A stretch of 64,000 nt of DNA from Rubripirellula sp. (GTDB lineage Bacteria; Planctomycetota; Planctomycetia; Pirellulales; Pirellulaceae). The notes under the pieces are model-generated. The model was not told the origin of the DNA and did no database searches. It saw only the letters and a list, made by a program, of their open reading frames with translations. The DNA lies in contig OZ244207.1 of the NCBI GenBank assembly GCA_965216875.1, positions 4,960,001 to 5,024,000 on the forward strand, given 5' to 3'. Below are positions 29,228 to 39,388 of the stretch, in pieces (within the stretch, counting starts at the first letter, position 1; each line of letters begins with the position of its first letter). The translations under genes were made by a program, and so were the position numbers.

Positions 29228-29944
29228 ATGGCACGTTCTCCCGCAGGACTGGTTGAACTCTTTGCTCCTCGTAGCGATTTGCTTCAAGACTTTTCGTTCG
29301 CAGATTTCCCATCGCGATTGTTGGGCTGGCATGGTCCGACGATCGATCTCGATGCGGGCGCAACCCACTATGGGTACATCGCAAGCGGCAATGCCGAAAT
29401 CGAGTTTGGCGATTATCGATACCCACTTTCCGCTGGCATGTATTTTTGTGTTCCGCATGCCATGCGATTGGTCGGAAATGGAACGGGCTTTATCGCGTCG
29501 CGAATCGACTACCGCGGACTGTTTCAGCTTGGCGGCCCCGTCGAATCGACCGGACGACTGAGGTACATCGATGGTTGTCGCGACACCCTGTTGATCGGAC
29601 CGCCGGTCATCGGCGATCCGTGCTTGAACTTGCTTCACATCCCACCGGACACGCGACAAACGTCGCACACCCATCCGTCCGAGCGTCTCGGGATGATCGC
29701 GGCGGGGCGAGGCGTTTGCAAAACGTTATCCGGAGACCTTCAACTCGAACCGGGCATGATCTTTTCGATCGAATCGGAGGGAGTGCATAGCTTCAACACA
29801 AACGATGAGTCACTGCTTGTCATTGCGTGGCACCCCGACAGTGATTGTGGCCCGTCCCACGAAGACCACCCCATGATCAATCGCACGATCATCGACGGGA
29901 TTTCGGCTTCAACGCTTGCGACCAAAGGAGAGTTGAATCGATGA
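29228..29944 (+). CDS. Cupin domain protein
   Basis: QTSHTHPSER and GVHSF cupin metal motifs. Confidence 0.8.
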   Translation: MARSPAGLVELFAPRSDLLQDFSFADFPSRLLGWHGPTIDLDAGATHYGYIASGNAEIEFGDYRYPLSAGMYFCVPHAMRLVGNGTGFIASRIDYRGLFQLGGPVESTGRLRYIDGCRDTLLIGPPVIGDPCLNLLHIPPDTRQTSHTHPSERLGMIAAGRGVCKTLSGDLQLEPGMIFSIESEGVHSFNTNDESLLVIAWHPDSDCGPSHEDHPMINRTIIDGISASTLATKGELNR

Positions 29945-30903
29945 AGTGTCCGAAGTGCGGCCACAACCATCCGGCAAAGCAGGGCATGAAATGCTCGAGC
30001 TGTCGCTATCAGTTTACTTTCAACCCAAAGTCATGGTCGTCACCGGGAATCACGGACGGAAAGTTTCTCTCGTACATTCGCGGCGCGAGCGCAAACGACA
30101 CGGTCTACTTCACGCGGAATCACTTGTATTCGGTCTACTGCCGAAAACAACGTCCTGCTCGTGGCTTTTGGATCGTTGCTGCCGTGATCGCAGCTGTCAT
30201 GAGCGCGGCATGGTTGTTGGATGAAGATCCCGCCTACGTTCGTGGCGTTCTCGCTCTCCTGTTTTGTGGTTTCATGATCTGGCGAGCCTTCGTCGTCCGG
30301 GCCAAGTGCGTGAAGAAAAAGAAGTTCTTCAAGTGGATCGATCAGTGGCAAGCGAAAGGTCACTTGATCGAAAAACTGATCGAAGCCCCAACGCTTCATC
30401 AGCCGCCGCCGCACTGGAAAGAGTCCGACATCTACGACTACGGTGTCGAGAAAATCGTGATCGTCGAGCGCGACATCTTGGTCGATTGGATGGTGCTTAA
30501 CAATGCTCACGCTCAGCAAAAGGCGCTCGTCATCAGCGAGAGCGGGTACCCAAGTTATCTAATGCCCATCGCCGAAAAGTTGCTGCGCGAGAATCCAACA
30601 CTCCCGATCCATTTGCTGCATGACGCAACCCAAAACGGATTGCAGATGGAAGCCCGCATCCGGCAAATGAACTTGCCCATCGCGGGACACCCGATCACCG
30701 ATTTGGGAATGAAACCCGACGATTTCAAACGCATTCGCCGCATCCGCAATGTTCATGACAGCGATGGAGGAGAACTGGAGATCGACTTGCTCGGATTCGG
30801 AATGCTCGCTGGCGGAATGGTGCTCTGCACGGAATTGGGGCTCGAGATTTCCGGTCTTCTGGATGGATCGGACGGGGCGGACGACGTCGGTGACTTTGGT
30901 TAA
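29941..30903 (+). CDS. Zn-ribbon + 2 TM + TOPRIM-like domain hypothetical protein
   Basis: CPKC...CSSC N-terminus; two TM helices; IVIVERD/SGYP/LLHDA resembles TopoVI-A TOPRIM motifs; ATGA overlap with the cupin gene. Confidence 0.55.
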   Translation: MKCPKCGHNHPAKQGMKCSSCRYQFTFNPKSWSSPGITDGKFLSYIRGASANDTVYFTRNHLYSVYCRKQRPARGFWIVAAVIAAVMSAAWLLDEDPAYVRGVLALLFCGFMIWRAFVVRAKCVKKKKFFKWIDQWQAKGHLIEKLIEAPTLHQPPPHWKESDIYDYGVEKIVIVERDILVDWMVLNNAHAQQKALVISESGYPSYLMPIAEKLLRENPTLPIHLLHDATQNGLQMEARIRQMNLPIAGHPITDLGMKPDDFKRIRRIRNVHDSDGGELEIDLLGFGMLAGGMVLCTELGLEISGLLDGSDGADDVGDFG

Positions 30904-30929
30904 TCGCCCTCGACAACGAGACTGCAACC

Positions 30930-32714
30930 TTGATTGATGCCATTGTCGGTTCTGTTGGTGCCAGCAGCGAAGAGCGATTGCGATCCATGGCGCAATCCAT
31001 TGCGCATCGCGGACGCTGGCGTGACGACCAATTTCGACAATCTTCTCATTGGTCGATCGCACGCATCGCTCATCCATGCACCACAACGATTGGGATCCCC
31101 ACAGGATCGCGTTTTGCGACCGACCGCGATTTGACGGTCGCCTTTTGTGGCTACTGCACGAGCACGTCTTTCTCTGGCCGCAAGGATGATCGTCCATTCT
31201 TGCAATTGATCGCCGATGAATATCGCAAGCACGGACTCGATTTCGCCAAGCCGGTTCGAGGGTCCTATTTGATCCTCGTGGCCGACCATGAATCGGGAAA
31301 AGTTCATATTGCTCGTGACGGAGCCGGGGGACGAACCCTGTTTTATGGCAAAGCGGGCGACCAATGGCTCTTTTCATGTGAACCAAAGTCGATCACCTCG
31401 CAGAGCGCCTTCTCAGCCAAAATCCGACCGGCGGCGCTTGCCCAGTACCTTTCGTTCAGCTTCACGCCAGGTGCCGGCACCATGCTGGAAAACCTGTACG
31501 AATTGCAATGCGGTCACGTGGTCACTCTCGAAGCGGGCCAAACGCCCAAGCTTCACAACTTCTTCCCGTTCGAACAGTTCGAATGGGATGGCGAACAACC
31601 GGACATCAGCGACCAACAATGGGTCGATCGCACTCGCGACGCCGTCGCGAGTGCGGTCACACAACGTCTTCCTCAAAGTGGCGAACCCGTTGGCGTCTTT
31701 CTTTCCGGCGGGCTCGACTCGAGCATCATCGCAGCGGAAGTCGCAAGGCAACATCAAGGTCCGGTCTATTCGTACGCATTGCACTTCGGTCCCAACTATC
31801 CGAACGAACTCTCCTTTGCCAAGTCAGTCGCTGATCGCGTAGGAACGAAACACCACGAGATTTTGATCGAACCAAAGAACTTCGTTTCGCGGATGCGCCA
31901 GATGGTTTGGCATCTCGATGAACCGATTGGCGATCCCATCACACAACCCAACTTCGAATTGGCACGTCGCGTTGCCGACGATGTTTGCGTCGTGTTCAAT
32001 GGCGAAGGTGGCGATCCGCTGTTTGGTGGCCCCAAAAACATTCCCATGATGATGCAGCATTGGTACGGAGTTCCACGAGAGAAAAACTTCCGCGAAAAAG
32101 CGTACCTGGCATCCTATCGCCGCGCTTATGAAGAATGGTCGCGTGTGTTGCATCCCAACATACGCGAGCAAATTGATCCCCAGCGCGACTTGGAAGCGAT
32201 TCTTCAACCCTACTTCGAAACCGACGCGCTGAATTCGTTTCTCAACAAACTGATGGCGATCAACATTCGTTTGAAAGGGGCGCACTTGATACAGCCAAAA
32301 GTCGAACGAATGCTCGCCGCATCAGGCCTGGTCCCACTCGCACCGTTGTTTGACGAGGATTTGATTGAACTCAGTTTTCAGATGCCGCCCACGATGAAAC
32401 TGCGCCAGGGGATTGAAAAGTGGGCTCTCAAACGTGCCTACGATGATGCCTTACCGAGCGGAATCATCGAGCGTCCCAAGAGCGGCATGCGAGTGCCGGT
32501 GCATTACTGGTTCCAGCGTGAAATGCGTCGCGTTGCCAAGAAAACGTTGTCTCGTCGCCGTCTCAAGTCCGCCGAACTGTTCGATCCCGCACGCGTCCGC
32601 CAACTGCTGGCCTACGATGTCGAAGAATCGTCCGGCCGTTATGGCATGCGGCTTTGGATGTTGATGACCTTCGAGCTTTGGCGAGAGCAACTGGTCGAAC
32701 GATCAGCCGCTTAG
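30930..32714 (+). CDS. Asparagine synthetase B-like ATP-dependent amide ligase lacking the N-terminal Cys
   Basis: LSGGLDSS PP-loop; NGEGGDPLFGG; EKWALKRA; RPKSG. Confidence 0.82.
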   Translation: MIDAIVGSVGASSEERLRSMAQSIAHRGRWRDDQFRQSSHWSIARIAHPCTTTIGIPTGSRFATDRDLTVAFCGYCTSTSFSGRKDDRPFLQLIADEYRKHGLDFAKPVRGSYLILVADHESGKVHIARDGAGGRTLFYGKAGDQWLFSCEPKSITSQSAFSAKIRPAALAQYLSFSFTPGAGTMLENLYELQCGHVVTLEAGQTPKLHNFFPFEQFEWDGEQPDISDQQWVDRTRDAVASAVTQRLPQSGEPVGVFLSGGLDSSIIAAEVARQHQGPVYSYALHFGPNYPNELSFAKSVADRVGTKHHEILIEPKNFVSRMRQMVWHLDEPIGDPITQPNFELARRVADDVCVVFNGEGGDPLFGGPKNIPMMMQHWYGVPREKNFREKAYLASYRRAYEEWSRVLHPNIREQIDPQRDLEAILQPYFETDALNSFLNKLMAINIRLKGAHLIQPKVERMLAASGLVPLAPLFDEDLIELSFQMPPTMKLRQGIEKWALKRAYDDALPSGIIERPKSGMRVPVHYWFQREMRRVAKKTLSRRRLKSAELFDPARVRQLLAYDVEESSGRYGMRLWMLMTFELWREQLVERSAA

Positions 32715-32760
32715 GTGCAGGACTTTTCCGCGATCCGCGCATCCAACCCTCGCGTACGGT

Positions 32761-32828
32761 CTCTTCATAGTCGGGGCCTCTTCATAGTCGGGGCCTCTTC
32801 ATGGTCGGGGCCTCTTCATAGTCGGGGC
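32761..32828 (+). repeat. 17-bp tandem repeat x4 (ctcttcatagtcggggc)
   Basis: Three exact copies and one single-mismatch copy. Confidence 0.9.
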
Positions 32829-32874
32829 AACGAGACGCCTGTTCGTTTGAAAGTCATTCACTGCGAGAGCCACG

Positions 32875-33108
32875 ATGAGCTACGGCGCTGGGCCGCTTTT
32901 CGGCTTCTTTCTGTTTTGGTTCTGCATCTTTGTTGTGCCGCCAATTGTGATCATTGGCCTTCACAGCCCAATCAAGAACGGGCACCTCGTTCCCTCTGAG
33001 AACAGGCTACTGATCCGCTTCCTCACGATCGTGGGCACGCTCTTGGTTTCATTGACCGCGGTCTTCATGCTCTTCTTTATTCGACACGTGGCGGCAATTG
33101 CCGGATAA
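32875..33108 (+). CDS. Small two-TM membrane protein
   Basis: Two hydrophobic segments; 77 aa. Confidence 0.45.
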   Translation: MSYGAGPLFGFFLFWFCIFVVPPIVIIGLHSPIKNGHLVPSENRLLIRFLTIVGTLLVSLTAVFMLFFIRHVAAIAG

Positions 33109-33170
33109 GACGACGTTCAAACTTGGGCCCCGCGTCGCCTCGTACTCTCATCGAGTGTGATTGGTTGAAT

Positions 33171-33232
33171 GCCGCCTTTCGCTCCGCGATAGCTGCATCC
33201 GCTAACGCAAGTCTTGCTGAGCAAAAGGCGAC
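33171..33232. repeat. Palindromic repeat family 3 (degenerate)
   Basis: gccgcctttcgctccgcgat...gagcaaaaggcgac. Confidence 0.6.
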
Positions 33233-33374
33233 TTTTTTGAGACTCGCTCCCAAATGATCGCGGCCTCGCAGAGACCACTGCATCACAGACGCTGGTCAAG
33301 TATCTTGAATACAGTCCATTGCCTATTGGCTGGACCGATGACATGCCGGTTTCCCCCTCCGCTCAACCTTCCGC

Positions 33375-35939
33375 ATGAAACCTCTCTACGCTTGGACCAT
33401 CCTCTTGGTCCTCATAACGCACAACGTTCACGCAGACTTTCAGGTTGCTGCCGGATTGTCGCTTCGCAAAGTCGCGGGTGATGATCTTGTTCCCGACTGC
33501 ACTTGCATCACCGTCACACCCGACAATCGTGTCGTTGCGTCCGGGCCGGGCTACATTCGGATTTTGGAAGACGTCGATGGTGATGGAGGATTCGATCGAT
33601 TTCGAACGATTGTGGACCGTCCAAGCCGCGGCGCGCACGGTCTATTCGTCGACGAAGAACAACTCCTCTTTGTCGGCGACGGTGGTGTCTGGAAAATCGA
33701 TGATGTGGACTCAAACGGCACCTTCAAGGGCGAGCCATCCCAAGTCCTGAGAATCAAGACGGGCGGCGAGCATGATGCGCATGCGATTCGCAAAGGCTTT
33801 GACAACCATTGGTATTTGATCTGCGGAAACGGAGTTCCCGATCCGGCCCAGCTTCAAAACCGCCTCCAGCCCCTCATCGAGCGTCCGCGGGCTGGAGTGA
33901 TCTGGCGAATCACAGCCGATTGGTCACGTAGGGAAGTGTTTGCCCACGGTTTCCGAAACGCCTATGACTTCGACTTTGGACCTGGCAAAACAATCGACAC
34001 CTTTGACAGCGATGGCGAGAGAGACGTTTCGCTGCCGTGGTACCGCCCAACACGCGTCTTTCGAGTGCGTCACGGAGACGACGCCGGCTGGATCTCGCGA
34101 AGCTGGAAGCGTCCCAACACCGATCCGCAGATGCCGCAGGTGCTTGCAGAATTTGGCCGCGGTTCGCCAACGGGAGTGGCACGTTATCGGCATGGCCGGT
34201 TTCCCGATCGGTTTCATCATGGCGTTTTCGTTGCCGATTGGACATTTGGACGCCTGCTTTTTGTCGGTGACGATGGCCGTCGCGAAGTCATCGTCGAGCC
34301 TGATGGCACCACCGGCTTTGCCATCACTGACGTCGAATGCACTCAAGATGGAAAGCTCGCCATCAGCGTTGGCGGGCGAGGCTCGCAGGGAGCCCTTTAT
34401 TTGCTCGATGCGAAACGACCACGAGCCGGCGCGCCGCAACCACATCCCTGGTCGACCGCGTTTCAAACGCGAGGCCCCTCCGAAGCGGCGGCGCGAGTCG
34501 TCGCACTTCGGTCCGCTCAGCCAATCAATGGCGACGTCGATGCCGCCAACCAAGCCATCGTGATCCTCCGCAATGGTCGATCAGCATTGCGACAGACTGG
34601 TCGAGACAGCGCAAATGAAGATCTCTTTGAAGCTTGCGCCCTGTTGATTGAAAGTGTTGGCAGCCTCGGCCCCGGGGATCCCAAAGACGCAAGAGGAAAG
34701 GAACAAGCCGCTGCTGTCTTTGACGGTTATCGTGGACCGTCGCGTCCCAAGCTGCCCAAGCTCGTGCACCAAGCGGCAACGGACGCTTTGGTGAATCTCA
34801 TTACATCAAACCAGCCGCGTTTGGTTCGAGATGAAGCGGTTCGCGCCCTTGCCGTACTCGAGCCTGAGTCCGGCACAGCGTTGGCCGCGCTGATCGATGA
34901 TATTGCACGCGTCAAAAGCCCAACGGCAAAGCTTCATCGATTGATCGCGAGCGCTCGATTGCCGGTCCGTCACAACGACATCACCACGGAACAGATCGTG
35001 GAGGCCATGATCGAGATTCCGATCCTCGTTGACTCCAGCGGGTTCAACATCGACCGCAATTGGGCACCACGTCTGGCCGAATTGCATGACGCACTTCAAC
35101 GCAACGATTCGTTGTTGACGAGTCGCTTAGTCACCAATCCCAAATTTGGTCATCCTTCGCACCTCGTTTGGACGCTCCGGATGGATCCCGAGAACCTCGA
35201 GCGGTTCCGCGTTCGCTTGCTTGGCGATCCTAAACGACGCCGTGACCCGAAACTCGCGAGATTCATCGCCGAGGGCAACGACGCTATCCGTCGTAGCGTG
35301 ATCAAAGATTGGTTGGAGAATGCTGAAACACGGCCCGCCGCTTGGCTCGCGATCGCGAATCATCCCAACGCCAATGACGTCGCGACTCTAACCACAGCCT
35401 ATCGGTCACTCGACCCCGCCATACACGCTGCCGCGGCTCAGGCGTTGCAAAAGCTCGGTGTCGATCCGCCGCAACCGAGAGAAGCTGCCGAATCCGTGAA
35501 AAACTGGCTTGCGCGTGGCGAGGCGATCTTTGCCCTCTCACCGAACCGCGAAAAAGGCAAGCAGCTCTATATCGAAAAGTCTTGCGCAACCTGCCATCAA
35601 GGTACCAAGACGCTTGGACCACGACTCGAAGGGGTTTCCAAACGGTTCAGCCAAAGCGACGTGCTGCGTGCAACGGTTGACCCGAATCATCACATTCCCG
35701 ATCGTTTCCGGGCGAAACAAGTTTTGACAAGCGATGGACAGGTCGTCGTCGGCATGAAAATCTATGAGAGCGTCGACGGCTTGACCCTGATGACCGCCGA
35801 GGGCAAAACCGTCCGCATCAACGCACCTGAGATCGAAGAGTCTCGGCCGGCTGCAAAGTCGCTGATGCCAGAAGGTTTGCTCGAAGGAATGAGCAACCAA
35901 CAGGCCGCTGATCTGATCGACTACGTCCGCTCGATGTAG
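33375..35939 (+). CDS. PVC-type dehydrogenase-like beta-propeller with C-terminal heme-c domain
   Basis: Signal peptide; GFRNAYDFDF; CATCH heme motif; GPRLEGV; KSLMPEGL. Confidence 0.85.
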   Translation: MKPLYAWTILLVLITHNVHADFQVAAGLSLRKVAGDDLVPDCTCITVTPDNRVVASGPGYIRILEDVDGDGGFDRFRTIVDRPSRGAHGLFVDEEQLLFVGDGGVWKIDDVDSNGTFKGEPSQVLRIKTGGEHDAHAIRKGFDNHWYLICGNGVPDPAQLQNRLQPLIERPRAGVIWRITADWSRREVFAHGFRNAYDFDFGPGKTIDTFDSDGERDVSLPWYRPTRVFRVRHGDDAGWISRSWKRPNTDPQMPQVLAEFGRGSPTGVARYRHGRFPDRFHHGVFVADWTFGRLLFVGDDGRREVIVEPDGTTGFAITDVECTQDGKLAISVGGRGSQGALYLLDAKRPRAGAPQPHPWSTAFQTRGPSEAAARVVALRSAQPINGDVDAANQAIVILRNGRSALRQTGRDSANEDLFEACALLIESVGSLGPGDPKDARGKEQAAAVFDGYRGPSRPKLPKLVHQAATDALVNLITSNQPRLVRDEAVRALAVLEPESGTALAALIDDIARVKSPTAKLHRLIASARLPVRHNDITTEQIVEAMIEIPILVDSSGFNIDRNWAPRLAELHDALQRNDSLLTSRLVTNPKFGHPSHLVWTLRMDPENLERFRVRLLGDPKRRRDPKLARFIAEGNDAIRRSVIKDWLENAETRPAAWLAIANHPNANDVATLTTAYRSLDPAIHAAAAQALQKLGVDPPQPREAAESVKNWLARGEAIFALSPNREKGKQLYIEKSCATCHQGTKTLGPRLEGVSKRFSQSDVLRATVDPNHHIPDRFRAKQVLTSDGQVVVGMKIYESVDGLTLMTAEGKTVRINAPEIEESRPAAKSLMPEGLLEGMSNQQAADLIDYVRSM

Positions 35940-36076
35940 AAGTCCTCAACACTGGACGGGCAAGTTGCTGCCGGGTTTCTACACGGATTTGGCGTCAACA
36001 TGCAAGACAACCGGCAGCCACTCGACCATGATGTCGGGGTCATCTTGTCCTTGAAGTCCAAATGTCTGAAGTCCAC

Positions 36077-36847
36077 ATGTTTTATCGCAGCCTCCTCTTT
36101 GCCGCGTCGTTGGTTGGCCTCGTTGCCGGCCCCGTCGCGAACTCGGCCGAAACCGACCATCCAATCGTGATCGTTCACGGTGCGTGGGGCGGCTCGCACC
36201 ATTGGAAGGCCGTCGCCGACGAGTTGACTCAAAAACACGGGCACACCGTCCGTCGTGTTTCATTGACGGGACTCGGTCCCAAACAACATTTGGCAACGCC
36301 AGACGTCGATCTCGACACACACATTCAAGATGTTGTCAATGCGATCGAATTTGATGAACTGAAGGACGTGATCGTGATCGCGCACAGTTATGGTGGTGTC
36401 GTCGCGTCGGGTGTTGCCCACAAGATCCCAGCGCGTCTTGCGCACGTTTACTATTTGGATTCGCACCTGCTTGAAGACGGCGAGTGCTACTTAACGCATC
36501 ATGCTGACGCGCGAGAGCAACTCACCAAACGAGCCGCTGAAGCGGGCGACGGCTGGCTGATTCCAGTCGATTGGCCCAATCACGTTCGCGACGTACCACA
36601 TCCGCTGGCGACGTTGACCCAAGCGCTCAAGCTTGATCACTCCGACGGTGCATCGGTCGCGGCATCCTATTGGCTGTTTGCTGACGGTAGGCCGGCCGAG
36701 CAAGATAGCCGCCATCGGTATCTCGAACGAGCCAAAACGCGTGGCTACACAACCCGAGTTCTGGATTGGAATCACAACCCACAACGGGAACGCCCAACGG
36801 ACGTGGCAACGGCCATCGACAAAGCGATCGACACACTTCAACACTGA
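36077..36847 (+). CDS. Exported alpha/beta hydrolase (esterase)
   Basis: VHGAWGG; AHSYGG nucleophile elbow; signal peptide. Confidence 0.85.
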   Translation: MFYRSLLFAASLVGLVAGPVANSAETDHPIVIVHGAWGGSHHWKAVADELTQKHGHTVRRVSLTGLGPKQHLATPDVDLDTHIQDVVNAIEFDELKDVIVIAHSYGGVVASGVAHKIPARLAHVYYLDSHLLEDGECYLTHHADAREQLTKRAAEAGDGWLIPVDWPNHVRDVPHPLATLTQALKLDHSDGASVAASYWLFADGRPAEQDSRHRYLERAKTRGYTTRVLDWNHNPQRERPTDVATAIDKAIDTLQH

Positions 36848-36854
36848 GCGCCTG

Positions 36855-37170
36855 TGATATCGGCGGCTAGCGTTTGTTCGTAGTACCGAGCTTTAGCCGG
36901 AATCTTTAGGCTCTGCCGCCTGAAGGCGGGACGACGAACAAGAAGCGTCCGAGCGACTGTGATTCTCCGTGAGCCGAACGCGCTAGCGTCGGGCCTTGCA
37001 ACATCGGCCTTGCTTGGTGCGTTGTGATACCGGCGGCTAGCGTTTGTTCGTAGTACCGAGCTTTAGCCGGAATCTTCAGGCTCTGCCGCCTGAAGGCGGG
37101 ACGACGGACAAGAGGCATTCGAACGACTGAGGTTTTCCGTGAGCCGAACGCGCCAGCGCGTACGGCTCAT
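36855..37170. repeat. Composite REP array, two 170-bp units each holding a family-1 REP doublet plus a second repeat type
   Basis: cggcggctagcgtttgttcgtagtaccgagctttagccgg at 36861 and 37031. Confidence 0.85.
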
Positions 37171-37319
37171 CGATGAGTGGCAAGGCGACCTACAAACCCG
37201 TGCACAAGTTTTTTGTTCCCGATCTGTTAAGCACTCCAAGCTTCTACGGTTAGAGACGCTGTTTCGAGGCGGCGACACTCGCTCGTCTCGATCATCGAAC
37301 GTGTTTCGAGTGCGCCAAA

Positions 37320-38792
37320 ATGACTGATCAACAAACGCCAAGCGGCACTGCGCCGCTTTCTTGGTTCTGTGTCTCTGCGCCCGTAGGGCAGCGAAGCTAT
37401 GCCTTGGTCGGAATCTCGCTAGGGGCCTTCAAGTACATCGTTGAAGGCACGTTCGTGTTCCTGATGACGGGCGATTGGTACACACCGATCGATTTTGTGA
37501 ACCCCTGGCTAAGCAGTCGCGCCCCGTTTCTGGCCGACATTCCGGCCGCCGCAACCGTTTGGCTGATCTTTACGATTCCGTTCGTTTGGATCGCGATCGC
37601 CATGAGCGTTCGCCGCGCCGCTGACATCGGCATCTCGCCGTGGTGGGGCCTGTTGATGCTCATTCCGCTCTTGAACCTGCTCATCATGCTCATGCTCGCG
37701 GTGCTTCCGAGCGGCTTGTTGAAATTGACTCCCGATGAAGTCAAAGCGTCCCAGCGTCGCCGTAGTGAAATGGCAGCCGCTTTTGGACCGCCAGCCGACG
37801 AGGAGGAGACGCCGCGATCGCGGCCCTTGCCCCGCGATGATTCTCCACTGGCGGCCGCCTTAGCCGCCATGACCGTCGGAGCGGTCACTCAGGTTGGCAT
37901 TGGCATGTTCAGCGTCTGGGCCTTTCAACTTTACGGGCTCATCCTCTTTTTCGCGGCGCCCGTGATCGCGGGTGCCGCATCGGGGTTTGTCTTCAATCAA
38001 CACCATCAACGTGGTGGCTTCACAACGATTGGAATCGTCACCGGAATGAATGTCGCTTCGATGTTCGCAATGTTGGGCGTCGGTCTTGATGGAGCGATCT
38101 GCTTGATGATGGCCTACCCGCTTCTCTTTCCGCTGACCATCATTGGCGCGCTCGTTGGCCGATCGATCGCATTGTCAGGCTTGCGGCCAGGCATGAATGA
38201 AAAGAAAGGGATGATCGGAACCATCATCATGCTGCCGCTTTGCCTGGCACTTGAATCGCTTGATGATCGCAGCCCCGTTCATGCGGTGACCACGTCGGTT
38301 GAAATCGACGCACCCCCTTCGGTGGTTTGGAACAACGTCATCAGCTTCCCCGACATCGAATCGGACATGGCATGGTATTTCCGCGCTGGCATCGCCGCTC
38401 CTCTGCGCGCACGCATCGATGGCGAAGGGGTTGGTGCGGTGCGGCACTGCGAATTCACAACCGGAACCTTCGTCGAGCCGATCACCGTCTGGAACGAACC
38501 AGAGCACCTTGCTTTTGACGTTGCCTCGCAACCGAAGCCGATGACCGAGTGGACGCCGTTTGCGCACCTGCATCCGCCGCACCTCGACACCGGCTTCGTC
38601 AGTCACCGCGGTGAATTCCGACTCGAAGCTCTGCCGGACGGAAGAACACGTCTGCATGGCACGACTTGGTATTCACTTGATGTACGCCCGCGTCTTTACT
38701 GGAAAGGTTTGGCTGACCCGATGCTGCACTCGATTCACTACCGCGTACTTGAACACATCGCTACCCAAGCGGAACGCGATTCACAAAGTTGA
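37320..38792 (+). CDS. DUF805-like membrane domain + SRPBCC/START domain protein
   Basis: SVRRAADIG; several TM helices; VEIDAPPSVVW...GAVRHCEF. Confidence 0.7.
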   Translation: MTDQQTPSGTAPLSWFCVSAPVGQRSYALVGISLGAFKYIVEGTFVFLMTGDWYTPIDFVNPWLSSRAPFLADIPAAATVWLIFTIPFVWIAIAMSVRRAADIGISPWWGLLMLIPLLNLLIMLMLAVLPSGLLKLTPDEVKASQRRRSEMAAAFGPPADEEETPRSRPLPRDDSPLAAALAAMTVGAVTQVGIGMFSVWAFQLYGLILFFAAPVIAGAASGFVFNQHHQRGGFTTIGIVTGMNVASMFAMLGVGLDGAICLMMAYPLLFPLTIIGALVGRSIALSGLRPGMNEKKGMIGTIIMLPLCLALESLDDRSPVHAVTTSVEIDAPPSVVWNNVISFPDIESDMAWYFRAGIAAPLRARIDGEGVGAVRHCEFTTGTFVEPITVWNEPEHLAFDVASQPKPMTEWTPFAHLHPPHLDTGFVSHRGEFRLEALPDGRTRLHGTTWYSLDVRPRLYWKGLADPMLHSIHYRVLEHIATQAERDSQS

Positions 38793-38814
38793 TTAGGCAC
38801 TGCGCACGTGAGTT

Positions 38815-38855
38815 GTAGGCCGGATCAAGGAGCGACAGCGAAACAGATCCGGGAT
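38815..38855 (+). repeat. GTAG-REP family 2
   Basis: gtaggccggatcaaggagcgacagcgaaacagatccgg. Confidence 0.75.
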
Positions 38856-39388
38856 GTTTCGATGAGCGTCCCCATCCGCCTACACAAACTCAACAATAAC
38901 ATCGAGCGAACACGCTTTAGCCAACCCCTAACACACGTTAGGAACATTGTTCGCACGCAAACGTTGACAAGGCCTCGGTTTGCCCCATACTCGTCCTACC
39001 AAATGGCCGGTACCACATGGTTCGTACCACATGTCTGGTACCACATGGTGCGGGGCGATCCCGTTGAAAGCAGCCACCACAAACGGCTCGCCCCGTTTCA
39101 CCATTCATCCGACACCCTCTTTCTCTTTCGAATAGCAACTTTCGTTTCGCGCCGCTTTGCGTGAAGCGACAACCGAATAGGACGCGCAGCGTGACGTGCG
39201 TCCTTCGCCGCGAACCTTGTGGTGAGAGCCCTCGCCACAAGGTTCTTTTTGATCCTGCGGCGTTCTTTTTGATCCTGCGGCGCAATGTCCCCTTCGAGCC
39301 TGGAACGTATTCGGGCCAGCGAAACGTGCTGGTAATACGCTAGACTGTCGCCTTTGACCAGAATCAGAATCTGTCTTCAGGGCGCGGC

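Noticed and set aside
30930..33108. Lasso peptide cluster
   Set aside because: No B1/B2 (RRE or transglutaminase-like protease) gene and no precursor-like ORF were recognised
38860..39380. Possible ncRNA or riboswitch upstream of the monooxygenase
   Set aside because: Hairpins and micro-repeats are present, but I recognise no known RNA family motif; they look like decayed repeats
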